A program made the translations under genes and the position numbers. A model generated the notes under the pieces. That model saw only the letters and a program-made list of their open reading frames with translations, was not told the DNA's origin and searched no databases. A stretch of 64,000 nucleotides of DNA from Raillietiella orientalis (taxonomy: Eukaryota), in contig JAYWIR010000010.1 of the NCBI GenBank assembly GCA_036172245.1, forward strand, positions 2,604,001 to 2,668,000. The letters are read 5' to 3'. Shown here piece after piece: positions 26,501-40,449 of this stretch (positions are counted from its first letter, which is position 1; every line of letters starts with the position of its first letter).

Positions 26501-28675
26501 GCTCTTGGGCTTCGGCTAAAATGGCTCTCATATCAAAGTGTTGCATATTAGGTTGTCCAATAGGCAAGTGTGTAAGGGGGGGTGAAGTGGCCCGTTGCAA
26601 CAATGATCGGCGACGCTCAGACGGATCTTCTGGTAATGGGACATACAATAAAGGACGTCCTAAGCCATCAGTCTGGGATCGATTCTGACTATGAAGAATT
26701 ACTTCACTGGGAGTAGGAGTTGGTAGAAGAGCTGGGCGCATGTCAATGTCTTTCACGTCATCATAAAATGAGCGGCAGGATACCAAAGAATTTGAGCCAT
26801 TTAGAGGAAGATAGCTCATTTGATTTTTTTCCTTGTATTTGGCCCAACTTGTTTGTGATGGACTATCTCTGTCTTCTGAAAGCTTTTTATGGCCAGGCAA
26901 TTGCCGTAAATCCACATCCTCCTTGCCAAATAATCTAAAAAAAAAAATCCAAACATATACCAAACCATACATCCCAAACTAACTCATTCATTAGTTCTTC
27001 ACGGGTTCGCTTTGTTCCAGGTTCATCGTCTCCTACATCAGCACTTCGTTTGTTTTTTGAAGGTGACAGAATTGGACGAAGATCAACATCATGACAGAGG
27101 TTTCCATCTGACTGTCCTTTATTTGGAACTGGTGCCACATCCTGCATAGGGGAATCTTCCACTTCCGCTTCATTACGACCTCGAACATTTCGTGCTCCTT
27201 TAAATTTCACTAGGCCTTTACGCTCGATTTTATCTAATGGTGGATTCTCAGCAGGATGAGACTTTCCCCACAAATGAGTATCTGCAGAGTGAGTAGGACG
27301 TGGTGTGAAATGGGCTTTGTTTGCCTGTTCCGATTCTGAGTCATCATGCTGAACTAAGAGTAAAACAAAATATACACTAATAGCTGCAACTCATTTCTAT
27401 AAATTTACGTTAGTACCTGTTTCCTTAAAAGGTGTAGCATTCAGCTGCTCACAGTTGGGAACTGAATTATTTTTGGAAGGTGCTCTCTCGCTAACGGATG
27501 ATGTACTCCTCGAGATTTCAAGTTTAGTTTGCTCTTTTAGATCTTTCAATTGCTCCCTCAATTGTGCTGCTACTTCACGATTTTTCTCTTCGCGCTTCAA
27601 ATCCTCTTCAGTTTGCCTAAGACGGCCCACCAATCTTGGATCACGATGTGATCTTTCAGCTTTATTTAACACTTTATTTTCCGCCGTTGGCTGTGTTTTC
27701 GGAGTAAGATTTGTGACATTTGTATCCTGATTTACATTGCGTAAATCTGTATCCTGAGATTTCTTCAGAAAAATCTGACAATCTTCCAACAATCCAATGC
27801 ATACCTGAACAACTGCAGCTGGTGCTGAAGCATTATTTGTTGGCTCAGTTGTAGGAGTCGTCGTTGTTTCAGTTTGTCTGTGCCGTGCCTGTAAGCCTAA
27901 TAACTCCATTTCCATTTCTACTTTTTTTGTCTGAAGATCTAGTAGCTCCTTTTGTTTGTGCAAGGCAGCTTCTGCACTAGCACCTTCCCCATTAAGCAAC
28001 TCTAATCGAATCTTCTGCTGCTGCAGCTCCAGCAGCTCTAAACGCTTTTTTAATAATTCTTCCCTCATCTGTTCATCAGATGGCTCTGGAGAAGGAGCAG
28101 GAGCACCTGGAGCTTTCAAAAATCGTGGATTCACATGTATACTAGTTGGAGCTGGCGCAGTAATTGGCCAAGCTGGATCAACTGCATTCACTCGGACATC
28201 AATAGCATACAACTTTTTAGATGGAAATACTTCATTCCATGTCTGACGTAATTTAAACATGCTAGCACGTGTTTTTTCATCGACCTAAAGTTGCAATGTG
28301 CACATTTATGCATTTTTGTCTTGGAATCCAGTAAACCTACTAACCTTTTCAAACACAGCACAAAAAGTGGATACTATGTTCTGAGTAAAAAGGGTAAGAT
28401 AAGTACCACCAATGTTTTTTACAATGGAATCCACCAAATACAAAACAGGCAATTTAACTTCAGGCTTAACCTAATAAGAGATACTTATGAATAAATAAAC
28501 CATTTCACCACAGGGTGCTGACCTTCAATAAATGTCGCTCCACTGTTTGCACAATAGCAGGGGCATGCTGGGCATTTTCTTCTGCTAGCATTGTTAACAT
28601 GTTTATTAAGGGTTTGCTATTGACACTTAAATCAGATAGTGATGATGCATATTCTGATGCAAAGTCGTCGCCCAT
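23548..28675 (-). CDS. PCF11: Pre-mRNA cleavage factor II subunit Pcf11 (CID, coiled coil, central invertebrate-type region, two zinc fingers, long acidic tail)
   Basis: Exons 28675-28523, 28470-28345, 28284-27805, 27753-27417, 27353-26984, 26934-25198, 25150-23548 (the 27804-27754 intron is inferred and in frame). CID: EYASSLSDLSVNSKPLINMLTMLAEEN..KLPVLYLVDSIVKN..FKLRQTW..DPAWPI. Zinc fingers CSACGIRF..HLDWHFRKN, SRRWF, CAVCYEPFEQFY..WHL..YHPAC. An in-frame upstream ATG at 28774 is an alternative start. Confidence 0.95.
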
Positions 28676-31600
28676 GATAGGCTGTGGTGTTGGAGTAGTA
28701 ACACTAGCCAATAAAAAGCCACGACACTGGCACTCTTTCACCAAGCCATTAGATGCCACAAGTGAAGTAAGCATGCAGCGAGCCAACAATTGAATTCCAT
28801 ACACAATCTAGAATTTATATGATCCACTTAGCTGATCTGGAGGTAGATCTTCTATGAACTTGAAGTATTGCAAATCTCTCTTATATTGCGCCAGACAAAA
28901 TAACTGCCTCCCCCCTATTGCTGCCCCCCCAGAGATTTAAATTCTTATTGTCAAACCCTTATTTATTGGAAATGTGTTGTGTTTTTAACAGTAATTAAAG
29001 ATGATGCATCTTATGCTTTCCATGGAGGGCTGGATGCTAAACATATGGGCACACCTTAAGAATCTGCATAAAAATTCAAACGTAAATGTGAAGTGGGGTT
29101 TAATGTTGCTCTTAAGTACCCACTGCACCCAAACACTATATCCTACCCCATTCAAATCTAGTCTAGAAATTTTTGTGTTGGCAACAGGCATCCTGATATG
29201 GGTACGTTTATTGAAATAAAATGCTGATTCAAATCAAAATCCCCTTATCCCTTTTGGCATATTTGACATGTCAATACAACCAAAGATGCCAGCTGGAATG
29301 CCAGAACAATGTTTTATGGAGATTCTTCCAAGCATCTTTGTTCATGGTGAACAAAAGTCCACAGGATGCAGGTAACCCATGCCCTTATTATGATCTAAAG
29401 AAATATACACAGAAAAGATACAACAATGTATCAAGAAATCGGTGCTGGGACATCTTCATTCAAGCATGCAGATCAGTATACAGTTACAACTTATTAATGT
29501 ATATGCTCTATACATCTGAAATTCTTTCAACAAAACAATTCACATGTAACTAGGAAAATTGCATAAATATAATTACCAATACTTTTTGTGTATCCTTAAA
29601 TCATTGCACACGTTCTTGACAATTAAAGAAAAAATTATGTAACAATTGCATATTTTTGGAAAATTACCTTACTACATTTAAAAATAAAACTTTTTTTAAA
29701 AATTCTGAATAGAAGGTTTATTTACTGTACAATGGGGGGGGAGGGGAGAAAATAGTGGATAATGCAAAAGAATCTACAAATTTACATTTCTAACTGCAAA
29801 GAAATCAGTGATGATTAAGGTAACAAGTACTGACACAGGCACACAATGAATAAAAGCAACATAAACATACGGAGGAGGCTCAACAGCTATGTGGCTTAGC
29901 AACATTAGCTGCTGATGCCAGATAAAATCATTATCTTGATTGCAAACATAGCCCACAGTAGCTTACAACAAATCATAAAAAATAATACTGCAGCGGGATG
30001 CAAACAATTTGAACCAAAGCATAGACTTTACAAAACAGAAAATGCACCAAATGCAATTATGCATGGAGATAAATACATAAAGAATTAAATGCTTAGAACT
30101 TAAATACCTAAAATTCGTTAAAACCACAAAATAGCAATAGTACCAGTACTCAAATGATAATTTTTAAAAATCTATTAAAAATATGAAGACAAAGGAAAAA
30201 AATCAAATCTACGAAAAAATGAAAAAACTGACATGACTAAGATAAAAACGCAAAACCACTAAAGGCCGAAATGTCATGAAAGATCAATTTTTATAAACAG
30301 CTTTCCAATATAAAGTGTTTCCTAATAATCATTTACGCTCGAACCTTTCCTTGTGAGCTTGTAAAAACTACAAACTCGTGAACAAATACTTAACTCTGAA
30401 AAATACTGAATATGACAAACAAGGCCTCAAAATTGCAAAGAATGCATGGGTTTCAATTACTAGTGTCTTCCTGTAATTCTTCCACTGTCTCAAAAATGGG
30501 AGGTACTCATCACAATGAAATCTTGAATCTTTACCTGTTCTATTGATGCTTTTTTTTCAAAAATTAAACATGCCAATTCACAAATACCTGTTTCTGTTTA
30601 TGATTACTTGACTTAATATTGTTCTGTGAAAATAAGCTCAGAAATCTTTCTACATTTTTAACACATTTTGTAGATTCCTGGGTGGAAATCTTACACTTTT
30701 CAACCAGTCTTCTACTTCTCAGTTAATAAAATGCAAAAATTATATCAGCACACAATCACTTATAATTGAATATATATTTGAATTTCAAGCTGAAGCAAAT
30801 GAATGACTATCCTTAATTAAAAATGAATTAAAAGTTTTTTATTCTCTGTTGACCAACTAGTACAAACAATCTAGTACCATTCTTATGTAATTTTTTTTAT
30901 TTCTATAACTGCATTTCCACCTAGAAATTTCTATTATAATCCAGATTTTTCCTGTTATCACAAACTAGCACATTCAAGTCAGATTACAAGTTAGAACAAT
31001 TTTCCAACAAAAGTTCTGCTTCAACAATGAGTGCAGATAGCACCACTTATCACATAATTAAGACACAGAACTCTTCCTTTGATGAAATTGACTGTTAATA
31101 TCAGTGAAATTACTTTCTACAAACTTGCTACCTACAATAATGGGAATACATTTGTACCCTTTCCTCTCAAACAAATTCTCGTTTTATTCTTGAAAAGATG
31201 AATCTTACATCCGCACCTTACATTAAATCTTCATTCTCTTTTCTTTCTTTCTATTTCTTGACTTGATAGTTATGATCATGATCCTTTTTTTTATCCCATT
31301 CTTTAACGACTTACTTTTTCAGACTCAGAAAATATCCTTGAAAACAACTTAATTTTTGTCAAGCACTAAACATTTCCATGTTATTGCATGTCTAGACAAT
31401 CTCAAGTTTTCATTCTTCAACTTAGATTTCAGATTCCAACTACAGATGAAAAACTCAAGTACTCAGTTTTCCTTATATACCCACAAAACAAGTGACCTAT
31501 ATCTACCTCCAACTAATTTTAAATACGAAAAAAATTTGTCTAACAGTTCACAGTAGAAAAAGCAATCTTTATTATGCACATACGAAATTGCACATCAATC

Positions 31601-32472
31601 AAAATTTGCCATACAATTCTGATAAATAAAGACGCAAAAGCAAACAGCATAAACGCTACAAATTGTATAAATACTGTATAAGAAACTGTAAAAGTAAATA
31701 TGCTAAATACGAAAACAAACGTTAAATGAGTGCATGACGCAGGTAAACAATTATCCGCGAAGTATCACACGGTGATATAACAATAGCAACACAACAAAAA
31801 AAAGTACTTGAATGGGACATTACCGATACGAAAAGCACGAAGTTTGAACTCTACAATTTCAGAACCAGTTTTCACACTGCCACTAATGGAAGCACGATGC
31901 ACGATGTATTCAACGCATCGCTGAGTTTTCACACGTCATGGTGACCTATTAGGCATATTAATGCACGAATCACACTACAAAACAAGGCAATTCCTAAGAC
32001 ATCTACTAGAAAATAGAGATCCCAACGCGCTAGTCCGTTTCATATGTGCCCTTTCTTTTTAAATGCTCCTTTAAGAGCGACGTAAACTTTTTTTAATTAA
32101 TACAGTGCACCTCGTTGGTTATCCGTATCACATGATCGCAGGAAAATTCAAATCATTCACTATCTTGATATATTTACGGAATACAAACCAGAAACTAAGC
32201 ATTTACACAAAGCTACACACAATTAAAATGCACATATGCTGCGGAGGGGCATTTTTTCCAATATTTGTCAATAGTAACACATGCAAACAAATTTCTACAA
32301 AGTACAAATTTAACACAGTAATAGTCCTTAACCATAACCAATTGATGGGAAACTCATCTCACCTTGTAAGACAGTTTATCTTACCTTAAAAAAATACAGA
32401 CGTAAGCAGAAAATTCCAAAGTCACTAATTCTATTTTTCCAGACAGCAGGACTGCCCAACTATATATTATAA

Positions 32473-32485
32473 CAAAAATGGCGAC
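32473..32485. promoter_or_regulatory. YY1/Pho-type motif (CAAAAATGGCGAC) in the likely PCF11 first-exon/promoter region
   Basis: Matches the AAAATGGCG core; about 90 bp upstream (minus strand) of a strong donor AAG|GTAAGA at 32384. Confidence 0.4.
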
Positions 32486-33838
32486 AGTCACCTTACTTGC
32501 AATGCATCCCTAACAAGCATACCAGTTACAAATCATATATAAGTTATAAGAATAATCTGAACTTTTTTGCTGTTTTGCTTTATCCTTAGGTGCTGTTAGC
32601 ACCTTATAAATAATGTACTTTCATATCAATGGATAAATTCATAGCAATATGGATCCACAAAAGTGTGTTCAACTGCAAATAAAACTACGGCAATAGTTGT
32701 ATCAAATTGGATGTTTATTAAAATGATTTTTGTAAGTTGAGACAGATGCAAAAATTACCTCAACACCATCATACCTAATTTATTGATTTCTATGATGTTG
32801 TTTTTTCGAAAAAATTAAAAAAAGGCAATTGATTCAATATAGTTAATGTAATAGACATATGGGCTAAAGCATAGGAACTTCCATAAATAATTCACGAATG
32901 AATAATAACACAAAAAATAGCAATGATTCAAAAATGAAATGTGAGGAATCAAAACTTACTACCTAAATGATATGTAGAATTTAAATGCATGTCTTTTTTA
33001 AACATTGCTACTTTTTTTGACTAATAGCTGTTGAAATACGAAGCAAAATTGATGTATTGTTTCCATGTTATTCATGAAACGTAAAATAATCCCTTGACTA
33101 ATTTTCAAGATTTATGGATTTTTTAGCATGCACATATGCACATATGATTTTAGGTTTGAATGATTCAGCATCTATACAGAAATGAAAAAAGAGGTTCTTT
33201 TATTTCCTAAAGTCGAACCTGAATCATTCTTTTTTTCTTAGGAGACCAACTATTTCAAATGATAGCAATTGTCATCTTTGTTATGGTTTATCGGTACAAA
33301 GGTAATCACACAATGCACTTTAGATCCTAAAGTTCTAAAACATGGTTGCCTTTTTCCGTGAATTCCGTTCCTTTTATTCTGTTCCTATTTAATTTTTGTC
33401 TCTCATATCTTTTACCTACTCTGATTTACTATATTTCTTTCTGTTTTATCTTTCGTTTTTATTCCATTTCTTTTTAAACGATTTGTAGTTCTCCAAGATT
33501 GAAACTATTGATTTCAAATAGTAACAACATTGGTTTGTCATGCAGAAACTTGTAATCTACCTTCTTAGCAAAAATATAAAAAATACGCTCATTAAATCAG
33601 TAAATAATATCTTTGCAGAGTATAATCTATGAGAGCTGATCGATCTGAATTAATGCATGCAACAGCAGCAGTAGTGATAGACTAGTTTACTGATTGTATA
33701 ATGGTGTTTCAAGATTGGTTACAGGGTATATAGGAATATGTAAGAAGACACACGTAAGAATCGAGTAAACATCAGTACTGAACGCACAAAAATTCCTCTT
33801 TAATGTGCATATTTCTTACGCATACTGCTACAAGAAGG

Positions 33839-36800
33839 TTTTTTTTTTTTTATTGTATTTATTTTCGATTAGTTTCCGGAAAAATACAGCATTTGGTTTC
33901 CTAGGTCTGTTGGAAATTTTGTTTTTGTTTTACAATGATATAAATGCTTTCATCCACTTGTCATCAAGTGATATTCCCTCTATGCAAACGAGCAACAAGA
34001 AAATCCAGATGGAAAGGCAATCAGGATGGATAACAGCTAAGAGGAAGAAGAAAGACCCTGAAGGGGGGGGGAGGGGGGGAAAATAACTGTTGGCTCAACA
34101 AATTTTGAATTTAACGTCGCAGTCTTGAAAGCTAGGTCCAATTCCCTGTAAAGCGTTGGTAAATCGCGGTATTGATGCATCAGACTCTGGAATGGAGGAA
34201 TTTGCAAAGAAGAGCGAACGCTTTATGTAAGAACGAATAACTGCGTAATCCTTGTATTACATTAATGTACTTGAAAAAAGAAGAAATAAAACTGGACTTT
34301 CTCCGTTCTACTCCTTGCTATTGTAGTTGGAAAGCACAAACTTCTGGACGTTGCTGTTCTCTTGGAGGGTCTTTCTGAATCTGACCTACCTAGAATAAGA
34401 TCGATTCTCTCTGATGCGTCTCCGAGATGAAGGACTTTCTGAGACTCCTTCCGACTGGTCACATCTGAGCAAAGTGACCTTCCCAGTTCTCGAAGAGGTC
34501 TTCTCTATATGATGTGTACAAGGCCTCTCACCGCTAGGAAGCCGCAGAAACTGTTCGTGGAATCCCTCGCCGTTGCAAGATCTTTGGAAACAGAAAAGAT
34601 GCTCATCATTTATTTTTAAATTCGTTTTCAAGGAAATCTGGGATGCTAAGGAAGGTGCTGAATGCTGAGATTGTTTGTTTTCGTAGGAACATTATTGGCA
34701 ATAATAACAACTCCAAAAAACAGATTCTCCGGAAGAAAGTGTTCTTTCAGAAACAGATGGAAACCATAACCGTTGAGGCAGCATCTTGCGGTCCTCCAAT
34801 CTTGTAAGATCGAACTCCTGATTCGAAGACAGAGAATGAGAATGCATGGAGAAACAACTTAGAAATAAGCATCTTGTAAATACTTCGTACTTCGTTCCCC
34901 TGCAAGCTTGCTACAACATCAAGGCTGACTGATCCAGTGTTCCAGAGAATCTGCGGGTGCTGCTGTAGCAGGGTAGTTAACACAGGTCGGATGAAAAGGT
35001 CTCTAGGATGCGTAAGACTCTTGGTCGAACACGAGCAGGTGGGGTCCAAATCAAAGGGGAACGGAAGAGTTCATGATCTCAAATCATGATATTCTCTTAG
35101 GACACTGGAACCTCTGAAAGACTCCTTCATTTGCACCTGCCATCTCTTAGAGGAAGATCGTCGTCCCATCGCGATGCTTGCACACACCTCTTCGGCTAGC
35201 AGTCACTCAGATCGATGGCGGTGCTGACCTCGCCTGGCCGAAGGACTCATCGATTCATGAGAAAGGGTCATGAGGAATCGTTTCGGTCGCCGCTGCTCTG
35301 TACCAGATGGATCTGCGGAAGATCGGAAGGAAACAAATGATATACTAGTCCACCATGGAGACGCTGTACCTCAGCAGCAGAGAGAAGCACTGGAAAAATG
35401 GCCACAGATATGAGAGCTTCGAAAAGAGTCTCTGAAAGGCGTCTTTTCTTGCCCGAGAATGGAGCAATAGAGCCTCTTTCCCAGAGGCTCCATTGCTCCA
35501 TCTCCGATGTCTCCCCAGGAGAGACAGCGCACCTGTGCGAACTTTAGGGGAGGAAGGGACATGGCACCATGGACTACGAAAGGAACATCTCTCCCGAGAC
35601 CTATCTGGAAACCAGCGCATCCGTCTCGGCCAAGTAAAGGAAGGATATTCTGGAAACTACTCCCAGAAGGGGAGCAGGAGCGGTTGCTGTAGAGCGTTTT
35701 GTGTAAGGAGTTCGGAAAAAGGCCAACTCTTGCGACACTTCTAAAGAGGAATGGAGATTCCTGCCAAGCCTGGAACGGTGATCATTAACGCATCGATCCC
35801 CATGGGAAACCGGAGTCTGCTTCCAGCTGCGTTCTGTTCCGGGACTCATTTGCCGTGGGCGCCTGCTCTTCCCCGACTGCGAGTCGGCATAAACATGACT
35901 AAGGGAGACAGGCGGAAACCTATCATCCCACTCCCATCTCTAAGGACCACTCCCTTCTTCGAAAGGTGACCTTCGAGTTCCCGGAGGAGTTCCAGGAATG
36001 TGCAGCTCCCCAGGGAGAAGGCTAAGCAGGCTGTCTTGCGTTTTCTCTGAGCGAGCACCCTCTCTCCCCTCTTTCCTCACAGCCATCACTGACTCCCTTC
36101 TCGCATCACTCAGACATGCCTGTATGGTCTCGAGCATCCAGGAGACATCATCATTCACCGGTTCTCACTGCGAGAGTAGGCGGGTGCTTTTCGACCCTAG
36201 TGCCCGAGGCAGGAATGGGTCACGTGCCACTCAGTCTGAAACTTGTTTCGCATGGGGGGTTTGGATGCGTGTTTTCCTGCACCCAACGTGTGTACCCTTA
36301 CTATTTTCTCCGTTCATCTCTTCTGTCGAACGTTTCGACCTGAGTCACAGAAAAATTTTTCTGCAACGGTTTTCCCTTGGGGAAACCCAAGCTTCTTTTA
36401 TAACTCTGTTCGTTTCCATGCGGATGGCGTAGAAACGACGAAAGATGTGGACATGATGTTTCAGTGGTGCATGGGTAGAAAGGTAGAACAAAACACTTTT
36501 CTTCAGGTCTTGAGAACGCTATAGGGAGGAATTAATTACTGCCATGAAGTCGAGTGGGGTGGTCCATGCATAAGTTCGAAATCTCACACAAAATCGTGGA
36601 TCCTTTCCCGTGAGTCGCTATCTGTTAAGCAGGATACGGTCTCTTCGTGCCTTGACTTCAATTCCAAAGACGCTCCTGCACACCAGTCGAGGAGCACTTT
36701 TTGATCGAATATCAAGTACAAAGCATGTGGGGCAACTCCATATCAAGCACAAAACAGATCTTGCCCTGTCATCATCGAATCCATGTAAATTGTTTTTTTA

Positions 36801-37400
36801 TACTCATGGACTCTGACCAAAGTCAGGTTGTGAGGATCCCTCCCAGAGGATTGTCATCCTCTGGGAGTGATGGTGAAACTCATGATCACCGATTTCTGAC
36901 TTCTTGAGGAAAATTCAGTTCCTAATACACGCTAGTTGATTTGTCTGCTTTTCAGATGGTTGTCATGTGAATTATCATTCATTACAATCGTACCTATCCC
37001 ACTTTTATGATGCCGTATTTTTTTTTGCTATAAATGCAACATAAACATATCATTTTAGAAACAGTTACTGGGAGACTCATCAGTTCGGTCGGTCCGAAGG
37101 GGAACTTTCTCCAAAGATCCCCGTTTTCTACCTTTCCATTACTGCAAGTTGTAAACTGGGAAACTTCCCAGATAGGAAGATTACTCATTCCCTGTGGGTA
37201 TGCCACCAACTCATTGACTTCCTATTTCATTTTAACAAAATGTCGTAGTTTTCTTGTTGACTTTTATTTTTTGAATGCGTTCCTCGTCTTCTCCGCTCCA
37301 GCTTTTGTCCACACAACGGCAGACGAGATCCATTGAAACATTAGACTTCCAAATCTCATGCGGATAACAAGACGATGGAAGACTGAAATTCTAGATTCTT
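33839..37400 (-). mobile_element. Decayed L1/Tx1-like LINE ORF2 with poly(A) tail; 5' boundary approximate
   Basis: Minus strand: NDDVSWMLETIQ...SEKTQDSLLSLL (RT region), SGMIGFRLSPLVMF near 35900 (GxRQGCPLSPLLF-like), VRSIYKML, LPSGER, a C-rich tract at 34063-34079, then AATAAA signals and an A13 run at 33839-33851. Confidence 0.65.
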
Positions 37401-40400
37401 CCATTCTGGGAGAATCACATTTAATATGAATCGTTATATCTTCACATACTACTCCTTTTTAAATTTTCTCGCTTTCTTTTCTTCCTTGCTTTTCCTTTTG
37501 ACTTGCACTATCAGTTACTATGAAACCCTTTAAAAGACTAATCATCACCTCATTACAAAGATATTTGGTATCATAGCATTGACCAACAAGGCTTTATAAA
37601 TTCTTCTAAAGGTCAGCTCATCATAAGTCATAAAAGTCCATCTGGTCAGTCATATATCTTGGAACTGACAAAACGGGAGACCACCTGCTGACAATGAAGT
37701 CTAAAACGAACTTCACTCAGTGCCACTGTGGAAAGATCGCGCTTTGAACAAGCAATCTGGGTTGCCATATCCTCTAAGCATCAAATGATCTTAGAGGAGT
37801 ATGTGAAAAAAAATATTTCTCAATCTCCTCTTTATTGTGGGAAGCTCAATTTGTATTTTATATTCCTTTAGTTGCATCCCTCCACCAAGATGAAGGTGCT
37901 TGTTTCTTTTTAAACAAAGTTTGCAAAAGAAATTATTTGGTCTTTCTGCCATGTTAACTAGAGTGAACGTGTATTGAAACATTTAACGGCAGTTTCACTA
38001 CCCGGAGCTTTTATTTCTGGGAATTGAAGCATAGCACTATATATGGAGTTGTCTTTTTGATCTTCATCTAATTAAGAATATCACTTCAAAAGACATCTAT
38101 TTAAGACCCATTTTGGAAAAGTTTCCAGTCATAATAGGCTCATAGAATACTTTCTTCTTTGAGGGAAATTTACATAGAGCATCATAGAGCTGCGGAGCGT
38201 GATAATATTTATTGGTATGGAGAAAAGGTCAAGTGTTGGTTTGTTAACTTTCGTGTTTTGTTTTGAAACTTTCATTAAATAATGCATGAGAAGTGTTGTT
38301 TTAGAAACGGCTCAGAGGAAACTCGCAATACCATTGACTACAATTAGGGTTTCAATGGCCTTTAGAACATGGATTCTGTTTTCTCCTAGATTTCAAGTTT
38401 GCTTGCTTGCAAATTGAATTTGGGCATCTAATTCGGGAATGTGATCGACTGTTTCTGGACGTCTTATTCTATGTTGCATGCATAAGGATGTTTCCACTTC
38501 ACAGCCTGAATAAATTGCATTTCTATAAAACCGCATTTGTTTCACGAGGCAGCGTTAACAGGGCACTTAAAAATATGTTATGCAATCTCACTACTCCCCA
38601 GATGAACACATTGGCTGGCGGTCGAGCATGCCTACATGCTCGACTGGTTTACAGAAATTTTGTGTCTTCAGCCGAAGGAACTGTCACTAGCTTTTAATAC
38701 CATGCTGTAATTAGCTGTCATTAGGGTTCCATCTCGTACTGCCATTAGCTCTTAATTGAGATTCTCATTATTCACGTGTGGATGGAATTCAGATGGAATT
38801 TCAACGGCACTGCTATAGACACCTCAGCTTGCTTTGTTATGAACTTTTGCGTTATACATTTGAATGAATAAAGGCTTAAATCTTTTCCGTATTACATTTT
38901 TGCATTCCGAATATTTTGTAATGATGTGTGTATTATGATTAATTGGGAATTATTTGGAATGTAAAGCATATATATCTACGTACTAAATAATTTTTCTCAA
39001 CAGTAATGTATCTTTGCATCTGATTGTGATCAAATATGTGGGTGATTTGCATGATAGAAAACTTTCAGATTTCTCCTTGAGATGATCCTCCTAGGTAATA
39101 CAGTCTCAGATATGACAGAGATCGAAATTTTGTGTTTTCTATTTCAGGAATCTTAAAATCAGATAATGACATAGATTTCTTTGTGGGTACGGTTACGAAG
39201 CGGAGTGGCATTTTCCAAATTCATCTAGTACAACCAAGATTTTACATTACAAATCGGTCTTTAGAGATGAAAACAGTACAATGAAACAAAAAAACGATAG
39301 ATTTTATTGAGCTCTGCTTTAGATCTGTATCCAAATAATAATGAATGAAATGATTGCAGTTAATAAAATGAATCTCATTGATATATTTGGCACAAATTAT
39401 ATATCCCATTACAAATATGAATATAGGCGCAAACTTATAAGCTATTTAAATTATAAATATAGTGAACCATGACAACTATACATGCAGATTTGTAAAATGC
39501 TATATAACATTAAATTGATTTTTTATATAATATGGTATTATGTTATATATTATTGCAATATGCCAGTCAGATGCAGTGCCAAATAATATCCAACAGGCAG
39601 GCATCATTTACATGTTACAACGTTTTTGCTTAAATTCTACATATAAATAATGGAGCATCAAAACAAAAGTTTTGATTCAAATTCTAAATTCGTTCTCCAC
39701 AAATCCGATACTTCCAGTCTTGTCGCAGGAATCTAAAAGCCACGTACGCATAATCATAAGATATTGGCATTCTTGAAAGAGATTTCATAGGAGACATCAT
39801 CCAGTCGCTACGAGATAGTCGGATTCGTTTTTTCGGTGAAGCCTGGGGTTGCTGCCATCAAATCCTCACTGTTGCGATTAGCACGAGAAATGCGTTTAAC
39901 CGTAACTATTTGTAGACACATTGCGAATCGATCTGTAGATAACTGTATTGGAGCAATTAGTTGCTTTTTGGAGAGTAATCGATGGCATTAACTAAAAATG
40001 AACAAAGCATGAGCCTTGTTTCTAAAATTAACCAAACTTTTGCATTAATCGGGCATTCTGCAAGTACTTTCAATTTCTAATCAAATGGTAACACTATATA
40101 GCAGTCTCGTTTGTGCAGTCAACAGGCGAAAAACATTAAGTACGTGATCATACTTATTTCGTTGCCGTATATTTAAAAGTGCTTAGCAAGTAATTCTGGC
40201 CGTCCGTGTCGATTTGTAAGCTTTTGTTCTACAATTCTCGGTCACCTGACTGCAGAAATCATCAATAGTATAATCTCAAATACCATGTCAAGTCACTAAT
40301 TAATATAGTTGTAGAATCAATCGCTCCGTGAGTCAAACTAAAGTGAGGCCAGTTTCAAATTTGCTCTTTAGAGCATTGCAGATTGTTAAAATACAACAAA

Positions 40401-40449
40401 TAGATGTGAAAATACATAGTCAGGAGTAAGCCCTATTTTCAGAAGAGCA

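Noticed and set aside
23552..28793. Plus-strand ORFs overlapping PCF11 (and similar ones over UBR and ELP4)
   Set aside because: Antisense shadows of real coding exons with no recognisable domains.
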